From a virus (taxonomy: Duplodnaviria; Caudoviricetes), in IMG/VR virus record IMGVR_UViG_3300013121_000007, positions 32,001 through 96,000 of that record: a stretch of 64,000 nucleotides of DNA, one strand, 5' to 3'. Below are positions 56,611 to 64,000 of the stretch, piece by piece. Made by a program: the position numbers and the translations under genes. The first letter of the stretch is position 1. Every line of letters starts with the position of its first letter. The notes beneath the pieces were generated by a model that saw nothing but the letters and a program-made list of their open reading frames with translations, was not told the origin of the DNA and ran no database searches.

Positions 56611-57432
56611 TCAGGAAATCACGTTCATCAGATCGTTGAGGAACGTCTCCTCATCAATCGTTCCGGCGACGTACTCCAAGAACCGGGCGATGAACTGCTT
56701 GCCGCGATCCGGAACCGTCTCCGATTCCGAGAACTTCGTGAACGTCGTCCGAACGTCCTTGAGCGACCGAGCGACTCGCTTACCACTGTTGCGAGCCGTC
56801 TGACGGACATGGCTGGTGTCGACGGTCCCCTTACCCGTGTTCTGGGACAGGGCCTCTTCCAGCGCGTCACCGGTCAGTCCGACCAGCAGTTGCATCGCAG
56901 CCACGGACAGCTTGCGTTGATGCACCAGCTTCTGGACCTTCCGCGGCATCGACAGCAGCGTCTCCAACTGCCGCAGGTACGTGGACTTGCAGTGGAGGAT
57001 GTCGCAGACTTCCTGGTCTTCCTTCCCGTACCGCTCGCGGAGAGCGCGAACGTTCACCGCGTCGTCCATCGGCGACGTCTCGTTGCGGATGCGGTTCTCG
57101 ATGATGGCCGAGACGAACCCGTCCTCCTCGTTGTGGTCCATGACCTTGACTTCGATGCGCCAGTTGGGGTCGCGATTGGCGACGATCAACTTGGCCGCTT
57201 CGAGCCGAGTCCCACCCGCCTCCAGCACGAGCTTCTTGTCTTCAGGTCGGCAACGACAGATGATCGGTTGCTGCTGACCGAAGTCGAACATGCTGTCCGC
57301 GATCTCCAGCACTCGATCTTCGCCGGGGACCTCCCAGCGAGCACGCATCTCCGGATCAACGATGATCTCATTCGGATCAACCTTGAACATGTCGGAACGC
57401 CCGACGTTTCCCGCGTTGATGTGCTTAGCCAT
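56611..57432 (-). CDS. ParB/Spo0J-like protein
   Basis: GQQQPI, AGGTRLEAA, IIEN-IR...SPMDDA, helix-turn-helix region. Confidence 0.82.
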   Translation of the reverse strand: MAKHINAGNVGRSDMFKVDPNEIIVDPEMRARWEVPGEDRVLEIADSMFDFGQQQPIICRCRPEDKKLVLEAGGTRLEAAKLIVANRDPNWRIEVKVMDHNEEDGFVSAIIENRIRNETSPMDDAVNVRALRERYGKEDQEVCDILHCKSTYLRQLETLLSMPRKVQKLVHQRKLSVAAMQLLVGLTGDALEEALSQNTGKGTVDTSHVRQTARNSGKRVARSLKDVRTTFTKFSESETVPDRGKQFIARFLEYVAGTIDEETFLNDLMNVIS

Positions 57433-57547
57433 TCTTCAGTCCTTCCCCGCTAAGGGTGTGTGAGGAACCTGTTACACTATCAGGGTTTGCACGCCAGACC
57501 CTGACATCCGCAATTCGCAAAAACAGGCTTCTTTTTGCGAATCCTCT

Positions 57548-57973
57548 CTAATCCGCCAACGCAAGGTAGGCGGCTGTTGAGTAGTCACCAACTTCAATCT
57601 TCAAGAACGACGAGTAAGGCCCCGCTCTCTGGCCCCAAATGTATTCCAGGCAGGCAGCGAACTCTCCAATCAACCTTTCCTCTTGGGTCCCAATAACGCG
57701 CTGCAAGACTTGAGAGTCTAGACGAAAGTCAGTGGTATAAGCCTGAACTGAACGCCAGCCCCCGAAAGCATGAGAGTAGTAGACCTTCATCGGTAACGAC
57801 AGTGAACCCACCGGAGGGTTACACGAGTACGTACCATCGGTGTTGTAACTCCCGTCATACACAGCACCAATCGAAAACAACCGCTGACCGATCCATACGT
57901 CCCGATCAACAGAAAGCATCCTGTTCCAGTTATCGAACTTCTGGTCGATTGTGTGAACTTTGAACGCGGGCAC
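57548..57973 (-). CDS. Hypothetical protein
   Basis: 141 aa. Confidence 0.55.
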   Translation of the reverse strand: MPAFKVHTIDQKFDNWNRMLSVDRDVWIGQRLFSIGAVYDGSYNTDGTYSCNPPVGSLSLPMKVYYSHAFGGWRSVQAYTTDFRLDSQVLQRVIGTQEERLIGEFAACLEYIWGQRAGPYSSFLKIEVGDYSTAAYLALAD

Positions 57974-58015
57974 GTCTGACTGATTCTGTTTGATGCTTAG
58001 AACTGATGACCTGAG

Positions 58016-58303
58016 TTACGTTGACCCTTCTACGTCTTCTTGATGCAAAGACTTGAACTCGCGCCCGAAACCTTCGCGGTCTTCTGGCAAGTATTTCATC
58101 TCTTGCTCGGCCAACTGAAGCTGACGGATCAAGTCGCCGATCCAAAAGGATGAGAACGTCTCCCCCATCTCATCCCAGTGGCCGTCATCTTCCGCAATCA
58201 ATTGAACGCAGACATGCGGGTCTTTAGGTCCTCTTTGGACCAATCGAACCCCAAACACTTCTCCCTTGAATTCCAACCTTGGCATTGTCGGTTCCTGGAT
58301 CAT
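58016..58303 (-). CDS. Hypothetical protein
   Basis: EDDGHW...SSFW. Confidence 0.6.
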   Translation of the reverse strand: MIQEPTMPRLEFKGEVFGVRLVQRGPKDPHVCVQLIAEDDGHWDEMGETFSSFWIGDLIRQLQLAEQEMKYLPEDREGFGREFKSLHQEDVEGST

Positions 58304-58770
58304 TGTGCGACTTCTATTTGAGGTTGCTTCAGTTCTTCTCTGCGAGATACGCCGACAAGGCTAAAGATGGTAGCCGCCAGCGCATTCAACCCCCTCTGCG
58401 TATCAACGTGATAGAGTCCACACGCCAGACCTTTGAACCATTCGCGAGGTGACGGACACCCGCAGTGGCCAGCAACACGAACCTCTTTCCCAAACTCTTC
58501 ATGTAGCTTTTCGGCTGCAGCAACCTCGATACCCGGACCTTTGGCAGTCCAGTATCGCCACTGGCGCTCAAACACCCATCCATACAGTACGCCAACCACG
58601 ACGGTTCGCATTTCTGGGTGTACAAGCCTAAACGCTTCTGACAATCGTTGTTGTTCTATCCCAGCTTCAGCCAACTCGGCTGCGATTATGTCATCAACGT
58701 CAGACTTCCCAGCTAAATTGGGAAGCCTCTTGACTGGAGTCCGATTGGTTGCATTCTCTGGTCTACTCAT
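58300..58770 (-). CDS. Hypothetical protein
   Basis: W-FER-W-YW...VRVAGHCGCPSP...YHVDTQ-GL. Confidence 0.7.
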   Translation of the reverse strand: MSRPENATNRTPVKRLPNLAGKSDVDDIIAAELAEAGIEQQRLSEAFRLVHPEMRTVVVGVLYGWVFERQWRYWTAKGPGIEVAAAEKLHEEFGKEVRVAGHCGCPSPREWFKGLACGLYHVDTQRGLNALAATIFSLVGVSRREELKQPQIEVAQ

Positions 58771-58812
58771 GGGACACCTTCACACTCTGGAACTCCAACA
58801 GCTTTCTGACGT

Positions 58813-59052
58813 CTAGCCCTGCCGCCGCCGGCGCGAACGCTCTTCTGCATCGACCCCTTGAAGATCGAACATATCAGGGTGGCTGGTGCTCCCGATCATG
58901 TTGTCTCTGCCTCCGATCTTGAACAGAGGAACCCCAGTTGGCGACATCACCCACCAGTACGGGGACACGCAGGAAGTTTCATCCAACTGACATGTCAAGC
59001 CAGTCCTTTTCTCCACCTCCAGCACGAATTGCGGTTTGAGAGTCGTGTCCAT
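58813..59052 (-). CDS. Hypothetical protein
   Basis: Follows a promoter motif. Confidence 0.55.
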   Translation of the reverse strand: MDTTLKPQFVLEVEKRTGLTCQLDETSCVSPYWWVMSPTGVPLFKIGGRDNMIGSTSHPDMFDLQGVDAEERSRRRRQG

Positions 59053-59093
59053 TCTTGAACCTTCTGATGAGGCGATGTCTATTCTGCGGATGC

Positions 59094-59121
59094 AGTTTAC
59101 AATGACTCACGCTTGAGTCAA
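59094..59121 (-). promoter_or_regulatory. TTGACT-N16-TAAACT promoter
   Basis: TGACTCA-cgct-TGAGTCA palindrome. Confidence 0.75.
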
Positions 59122-59122
59122 G

Positions 59123-59374
59123 CTACAAAACGACACCTGCAGTCACAAGGTTCAACTTTCTTGACGTGAATTCTCGAAACAGCAGAGAAAAGGCGGATTC
59201 ATCAAAACAACCGCCGTACTTCTCCGGTTCAAGACTGATCGAAACCAGGGACTTCCAGACCCTTTCCGTGTACCCACTGGTCCAAGAATCCAGGTCCCCC
59301 ATCGCCTCCCACAAGTTGGCGCACATGTCCCAGAAAAGGCTGTCAGCCTCAGTCTTCAGATTCGTCCTCATCAT
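59123..59374 (-). CDS. Hypothetical protein
   Basis: GGAGG SD; start uncertain. Confidence 0.45.
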   Translation of the reverse strand: MMRTNLKTEADSLFWDMCANLWEAMGDLDSWTSGYTERVWKSLVSISLEPEKYGGCFDESAFSLLFREFTSRKLNLVTAGVVL

Positions 59375-59867
59375 CCCGGCCTCCATGCTTGGCAAAAACT
59401 GGCAGTTGGCAGAGTGCCTGGAAGCAGTATCGGCTAAGCCGCTGGAATCCTTTACCCAGGTCATGCACCTGCGCGAGGAACTCCAGCTTTTCTTCGGGAG
59501 ACATCGACAACGCCCTGTCCAAAAAGGCGTCGAGATTGACCACGTCTGGCAGACTGTTGATCCTGTCTTGCTCTGCCCTCTTGACTCTTTCCGCCTCTTC
59601 CTCTTTCAGGCGACGACTCTGCGACCTTCGGTCAGCCCCCGTAGGAATACGAATCCTGGATTGGAACTGTCGGTAGTAGGGGTATCCGTCGATATGGTAC
59701 TTACAGCCATCGACTTCAATCGTCTTAGGCGTCCGCTTAGTGACCTTCTCAATACGGATATACTTGTGTCGTCGGCTGTTGGTCAGACTCAGTGTTCTGT
59801 GATAGACGGTAACTTCGTCACCGACTTGAACATCATCCAGCATCTTAGGACTTTGCTTCTTAGACAT
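59349..59867 (-). CDS. Hypothetical protein
   Basis: AGGAG SD before MSKKQ; VGDEV...VTKRTPK. Confidence 0.65.
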   Translation of the reverse strand: MSKKQSPKMLDDVQVGDEVTVYHRTLSLTNSRRHKYIRIEKVTKRTPKTIEVDGCKYHIDGYPYYRQFQSRIRIPTGADRRSQSRRLKEEEAERVKRAEQDRINSLPDVVNLDAFLDRALSMSPEEKLEFLAQVHDLGKGFQRLSRYCFQALCQLPVFAKHGGRDDEDESED

Positions 59868-59944
59868 AGTAGTGACTCCTAAGGGACTTCTTGCCGTTGT
59901 TTGCAACACCTAGCAACACAAGGATTGAAAGTGAACACCACCAA

Positions 59945-61720
59945 CTACTCAGCCGTTGCAGACACCACTGCAACCTCAACAGCAGCATCCGCAGCAGCCT
60001 CTTCCGCAGTAATTGGAGTCCCCCTCAGCAAGTTCACAGCAGCGTTGAGGTCCTGGTCCCACTGACTCGCACAGTGCGAACAGGTATGAATGAGGCTGGC
60101 CGGAGAGGATTCACCACTGAGCTTTTCACACAGATGGCACATCCGCGTCGTGTCCTTCGCCGGGATCAACCCGACATCCATCGACTCGCTGAAGTACCTT
60201 CTCAGTTCGCCGACTGCGGCAATGTCGCGGTACATGACAACACCGCCATCTGCAGCAGTCTCTTCCGCAGTTGGCTTGCGGCGGAGTTCAACCAAGTTGA
60301 GCTTCTCCAGATGCACCGTCTTGTACTTCCGGCGCATTTCCGCGACAAAGTTCCTGTAGAGGTCACGACGATAGCGAATGGCCTTCAACCGGGTTCCCGC
60401 AGCCCAGTTGTGGAGGTGCCGCCACTTCTTCGCCCAAGCCTCCATCAAATCGTACATGCTGACCGGACTGCCATAGTGGTCGATGTCCAGATGCAGTACC
60501 TGCCGCAGCTTACCAGCACCCTCGATCTCTTGATCGTCCCCCGGAATGCGGTTGGTGCGCCAACGATCCACGAGCTTCTGCAGCCGTTCGGGAGACCTCC
60601 ACTGAGAGAGTGTATCTACCCCCAGTTCTTCCGCCCACTCCGGAATCGAGCCGAGTGACTTGAACCACTTGGACACAACGGGCAGAACAGCATTGAGATG
60701 CTGGCTGATGACTGACTGCAGATTCTCAGATTCCCCCCAACGGCCCACCGTCTGGGACGGGATAACCAACTGTCCATACTCATCGTTATCGCCGTACCAG
60801 TAGGCAACTCGCAAGCCCTCTGGGAGCAGACGCCAACCGACGTCGATACCGACGACTCCGCTATCGGCACGGTCCTTCTTCTCCCAGACTGAGGCTTCTT
60901 CCGCTTCCAGGGTGAGGATGACACGCCACTCGTTGCGAGTTCCCACGCGGCGACGAATGAGCTTACACCACTTCACTCTGACCCCGTCCGGGAGTGAGCG
61001 ATGCAGGGTAAACCTCACTTTGCACCAGATGGGTTCACGCCCATCTGATCCGATCCGAATCCAGATGAAAGTCTTGCCGCCCTCCTCAAAAGTCACTCGA
61101 AGCCTCTTATCTTGCGCGGCGAGAAGCTCATCAACTGAGAGTCCTCCCTGAAGCTGCACTGAGACCGAACCGTCCCCACGCCATCGTTGGAACTGAGGCG
61201 GCGCTCCTGACCTCGCGCCACTCATCGACTGTTCAACGGTCAAGTAGGTGCCCCAGTAGAGTCCGCTGGCGGCACGGCTTGCCTTCTGCTGCGCAGAGTG
61301 CCACTGATTGATGTCTTCCTGCTTAGTCTTCCACTCCAGTGAGTCGAAGAGTTGCGACCGCATCAGCTTTCGAGTCGCACGTCCTTCCTTGAGTTGCAGC
61401 TTGAGATCGGCGATTTTCTGACGATCTTCCTTGCTGGCTGCTCTCTTCCGTTCCTTCGCATTACGCTTCTTGATCCTGTCCCGAATCTCCTCAATCTCCG
61501 CCTCCAGTGCCGCCAGTCTGGTATCGACACCGCACAGACCCGGTGCCAATTCTCGGAGCGAAACCTCCACCTTGTCGCGTCTCTCCCGCTCCAGCGCAAC
61601 AAGCCGGTTGTGATAGACGTGCGCCAGGTGCATCTGATCCTGAACTTCCTTCAGAGAGGTATTCGGGATACGTGCACCGAATTCCCAGTTACGCGCATAC
61701 TTGCTTTCGTTTCCGAACAT
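59945..61720 (-). CDS. Cas12m-like (type V-U1/TnpB-derived) RuvC protein with intact D-E-D triad
   Basis: 591 aa; LAH...LV-L, coiled-coil insertion, GLYWGTY, DGSVSVQLQ, HRSLP, RuvC-I GIDVGWR, QWRSP, RRDLYR, RuvC-II HLEKL, CHLC...CSHC, RuvC-III DQDLNAAVNL. Confidence 0.85.
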   Translation of the reverse strand: MFGNESKYARNWEFGARIPNTSLKEVQDQMHLAHVYHNRLVALERERRDKVEVSLRELAPGLCGVDTRLAALEAEIEEIRDRIKKRNAKERKRAASKEDRQKIADLKLQLKEGRATRKLMRSQLFDSLEWKTKQEDINQWHSAQQKASRAASGLYWGTYLTVEQSMSGARSGAPPQFQRWRGDGSVSVQLQGGLSVDELLAAQDKRLRVTFEEGGKTFIWIRIGSDGREPIWCKVRFTLHRSLPDGVRVKWCKLIRRRVGTRNEWRVILTLEAEEASVWEKKDRADSGVVGIDVGWRLLPEGLRVAYWYGDNDEYGQLVIPSQTVGRWGESENLQSVISQHLNAVLPVVSKWFKSLGSIPEWAEELGVDTLSQWRSPERLQKLVDRWRTNRIPGDDQEIEGAGKLRQVLHLDIDHYGSPVSMYDLMEAWAKKWRHLHNWAAGTRLKAIRYRRDLYRNFVAEMRRKYKTVHLEKLNLVELRRKPTAEETAADGGVVMYRDIAAVGELRRYFSESMDVGLIPAKDTTRMCHLCEKLSGESSPASLIHTCSHCASQWDQDLNAAVNLLRGTPITAEEAAADAAVEVAVVSATAE

Positions 61721-61766
61721 GATTTCGAGTCCTTGAGAGAGTTGTCATACAACAGCTAGCAGCATC

Positions 61767-61794
61767 AGTATAGCGTGAGTCAAGCGTGAGTCAA
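61767..61794 (-). promoter_or_regulatory. TTGACT-N16-TATACT promoter of the Cas12m-like gene
   Basis: Tandem GCTTGACTCAC copies. Confidence 0.8.
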
Positions 61795-61806
61795 GCTCAC
61801 TACCCA

Positions 61807-61846
61807 GAAAAAACAATGGCCTGCGAGGTCAGAGACCTCGCAGGCC
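61807..61846 (-). terminator. Intrinsic terminator
   Basis: 13-bp stem GGCCTGCGAGGTC/GACCTCGCAGGCC followed by ATTGTTTTTT. Confidence 0.88.
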
Positions 61847-61865
61847 GTGGTTTCTCAAAGATACG

Positions 61866-61901
61866 TTACCGCCAAGGCGGGGGAGGGCGTGCTCTATGCA
61901 T
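61866..61901 (-). CDS. Candidate micro-peptide MHRARPPPPWR
   Basis: AGGGAG SD, ATG...TAA. Confidence 0.4.
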   Translation of the reverse strand: MHRARPPPPWR

Positions 61902-61996
61902 GTCTAGCTCCCTGGGTGGAATCAATCTAACTCTGCGGGCGTGATACTGTCACCGCCGTGACACTACTGCGGCGGGGGAGGGCGTGCTCTATGCAT
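61876..61996. repeat. Two exact 26-bp direct repeats, 95-bp period
   Basis: GGCGGGGGAGGGCGTGCTCTATGCAT at 61876-61901 and 61971-61996. Confidence 0.92.
61964..61996 (-). CDS. Candidate micro-peptide MHRARPPPPQ
   Basis: GAGGAG SD, ATG...TAG. Confidence 0.4.
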   Translation of the reverse strand: MHRARPPPPQ

Positions 61997-62036
61997 TTTG
62001 ACTCCTCTTGGCGTATCGGGGCTACAGTCTTGACAC

Positions 62037-62080
62037 CTCTTCCTCTTCTTTCGGCTCACTCTTCCTCTTCTTTCGGCTCA
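62037..62080. repeat. Exact 22-bp tandem duplication
   Basis: CTCTTCCTCTTCTTTCGGCTCA x2. Confidence 0.9.
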
Positions 62081-62097
62081 AAAGCCGAGACACTGAG

Positions 62098-62126
62098 AGT
62101 CTACCCGTGACTCATTCGTGAGTCAA
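62098..62126 (-). promoter_or_regulatory. TTGACT-N17-TAGACT promoter
   Basis: TGACTCA-cgaa-TGAGTCA palindrome; no long ORF before the terminator. Confidence 0.7.
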
Positions 62127-62134
62127 GTGCTTTT

Positions 62135-62524
62135 TCAGCTTTCCGGGTAAATTCGTTTGGATGCGCAGTCCAACAAGTACGAAACCCGCTGCAAAAACCA
62201 GTCAACCGTATCCGCCCTCAAGTACGGCAATGAGGCGTTCAGTTGCTGGCTCAGCATCTGAGCACACTGCTCATCGGTCATCTTTTCTGGTTTCTGCTCA
62301 CTCATGGAAACACCCATCAAAGAGTGGTAAGCCCTGTCAGCGTCGGCAAGACAGTCAGTGTGAATCCGTAGCCAAAATTGAGCATCCTCTGCCGTTGGGA
62401 CGAATCCGTCACGGATTGCATCCTCAAGAGTCTTGACCCCAAAATGCGTCAAGCCATCAGGCCGCAGCGCATGGATGGCCCACAAAGAAGTCAGATGCTC
62501 GCGTCGGTCTTGCTCTTCAGTCAC
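62135..62524 (-). CDS. Hypothetical protein
   Basis: 129 aa. Confidence 0.6.
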   Translation of the reverse strand: MTEEQDRREHLTSLWAIHALRPDGLTHFGVKTLEDAIRDGFVPTAEDAQFWLRIHTDCLADADRAYHSLMGVSMSEQKPEKMTDEQCAQMLSQQLNASLPYLRADTVDWFLQRVSYLLDCASKRIYPES

Positions 62525-62533
62525 CGCACGGTC

Positions 62534-62833
62534 CTAGAGATTTGGCTCAACTCTGAATCCTCGTGGAGACCCACGGTAGATCAATCCTCCCATCTCCACA
62601 ATTGGTTGAATGAACCATTCACCTGTCTGGTCAAGCTCATCTGGTGTGAAGGCGCAGTGCACTTTTCCGTCAGTTCCGTCAGTCGTCAAGACGCCCACCT
62701 TCGTGACGTAGGTCTTGTCTGGCTTCACAACGGCGAAGAGCATAGCAGTCGCAGTCGAGACGTCGAGAATCGTTGCCCCGTGCGTCTTGAGCGTCGCTCT
62801 GTATGTGAAGTCTGTTGCAACTTGAATTGACAT
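62534..62833 (-). CDS. BppU N-terminal-like (Ig-like) structural domain protein
   Basis: VVKPD...DGTDGKV...DELDQTGEW-IQ. Confidence 0.65.
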   Translation of the reverse strand: MSIQVATDFTYRATLKTHGATILDVSTATAMLFAVVKPDKTYVTKVGVLTTDGTDGKVHCAFTPDELDQTGEWFIQPIVEMGGLIYRGSPRGFRVEPNL

Positions 62834-62842
62834 TGCAAGCTC

Positions 62843-64000
62843 TCAAGTCAAGGCTGCGATATCAGTGCGAACTTCCACAAACTGAACGATCGCATCATCA
62901 ATCGTGAACGTCTGATCCAGAATTGGAACGAACGATACAAACTGATGCAACTCAGAGTGTGGTCGAAAGACTCGCCGTTCATTGTCCGCGCTGACAACGT
63001 AATCCTCTTGAAATACGGAGTCCAGATCGAAAAGAACATCCAGGTGAGGTACGAAAGTGTGAAAGCCGTATAGAACCTGCAGCAACGATTCTGTGTACGT
63101 AGACGAAACAGCAAGAACCGCTGCAGACGACGAAAGATTGGAGAAGGCTGTGACTGTCTCAGCAAAACCAAACAACCCGGAAGCTGAGACTGTCGATGAA
63201 CCGCCGATCAAGCTACCCACTCCAGAGTAGCCGGGAGACTCAAATGTTGACGTAGCTTCGATAACGGAGGACCCAACAACCCAGGCAGCCGTCGAGTAAA
63301 ATTCTCCTACAGGCTGAGATGCTAAAGCATTCAGTCCAGCAGTTGAAGTGGTTGCATCAAAGAAGCCTGAGTAGGTCGGACCTGTGAATTCGGTAGACGC
63401 TTCCGCTGTAGCTGTTGCTGTCAGAAAAAGGGCAACCCCAGACGACGCACCGGCATCGTAGCCTCCAACACCTGCAACAGAAACAATTGAAGAGGTAAGG
63501 GTAGCCTGCCCAGAGAACAGTGGTGCAGTTGAAGAGGCTGAAGCCTCAAGCACCAAGACTGATGACTCGAAAGTTGCATCACCGGTATACGTAGGGGCAG
63601 CAACAAGCGCTGAAGACTCTAAACTCACAGAGCCTGAAACAGAATCGAAGACACCCTGAAACACGGCCGTCGCGAAAATCGCAGTACCTTCCAGAAGTAC
63701 AGGGTCTGACTGTAATCCGGCAGATGCCACATAGGAAGGGGCCTGATGAGAGGCAGATGCTGAAAACGTCGACACGCCCGCCTGAAGCTCAGCAGATGCT
63801 TCGTAAGCGGGGGTTGAGTAGAAAGCTGTACCAGCAATTTCAGACGTACCAGCCTGCAAGTCCGTGGATGCTGTGTAAGCTAGAAGTGTGTAAGACGCCG
63901 ACGCCGAAAGCTCAAAAACACCTACCTGCAGTTCTGTAGACGCTGCGTATATTGGCGCACTGTGAGAGGCGGACGCTGCAAGCTCGAAAGGCCCCGGCTG
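62843..64000 (-). CDS. Ser/Ala/Thr-rich repeat virion protein, 5' partial
   Basis: Frame is open to the window end; 24-aa periodicity (P-x-Y-x-A/G...). Confidence 0.75.
   Translation of the reverse strand, partial: QPGPFELAASASHSAPIYAASTELQVGVFELSASASYTLLAYTASTDLQAGTSEIAGTAFYSTPAYEASAELQAGVSTFSASASHQAPSYVASAGLQSDPVLLEGTAIFATAVFQGVFDSVSGSVSLESSALVAAPTYTGDATFESSVLVLEASASSTAPLFSGQATLTSSIVSVAGVGGYDAGASSGVALFLTATATAEASTEFTGPTYSGFFDATTSTAGLNALASQPVGEFYSTAAWVVGSSVIEATSTFESPGYSGVGSLIGGSSTVSASGLFGFAETVTAFSNLSSSAAVLAVSSTYTESLLQVLYGFHTFVPHLDVLFDLDSVFQEDYVVSADNERRVFRPHSELHQFVSFVPILDQTFTIDDAIVQFVEVRTDIAALT

Noticed and set aside
59870-61800. IS200/IS605 or IS607 element
   Set aside because: No Y1 or serine transposase and no clear subterminal end hairpins; the gene uses a phage-type promoter
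61876-61996. Calling a bona fide CRISPR array
   Set aside because: Only two repeats, a 69-bp gap between exact copies, and a competing micro-ORF explanation; kept as a hypothesis only
15756-62126. TGACTCA as a eukaryotic AP-1 site
   Set aside because: Bacteriophage context; the heptamer overlaps a -35 box with fixed spacing to a -10 box
123-63939. Numerous long plus-strand ORFs (e.g. 10313-11167, 56587-57453, 59891-60658)
   Set aside because: Antisense shadows of motif-bearing minus-strand genes
63983-63994. GPFE in the repeat protein (QPGPFELAAS)
   Set aside because: Lacks the V-E-x-L-x-E continuation and fits the local 24-aa repeat register
1-64000. Stop-codon reassignment (TAG or TGA)
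   Set aside because: Long genes are intact in code 11, and TAG/TGA stops abut or overlap the next start
1-64000. Host assignment
   Set aside because: No diagnostic evidence in the window; needs spacer or homology searches

Overview
A 64-kb segment of a large T4-related (gp23/gp21-type head, contractile tail) myovirus, probably a jumbo phage; almost every credible gene is on the minus strand. 1-15 kb: tail sheath (partial), gp15/gp14/gp13-like neck and tail-completion genes, major capsid protein, a prohead protease-scaffold fusion and acidic or basic putative core proteins. 15-28 kb: glycosyl-, methyl- and sulfotransferase genes plus a GroES-like co-chaperonin. 21-38 kb: otherwise unrelated proteins (2H phosphoesterase/Acb1-like, ADP-ribosyltransferase-like, two zincin peptidases, ParB-like and others) that share a short GPFE-x-x-V-E-x-L-x-E peptide tag flanked by gp21-type cleavage sites, read here as a candidate capsid-targeting signal for virion-delivered effectors. 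38-59 kb: small accessory genes (nucleotidase, SLOG, metacaspase, Fic, BCS1-like AAA, ParB), two tRNAs, a 171-nt tRNA-like RNA with no normal anticodon arm, and other structured intergenic elements. 60-62 kb: a stand-alone Cas12m-like RuvC protein with an intact D-E-D triad, preceded by a promoter-to-terminator RNA unit with paired repeats that also encode polyproline micro-peptides. An 11-copy TTGACT(CA)-N16-TAnnnT promoter/operator motif and a candidate -1 frameshift signal are also visible. All calls come from motif recognition by eye; no database searches were run.
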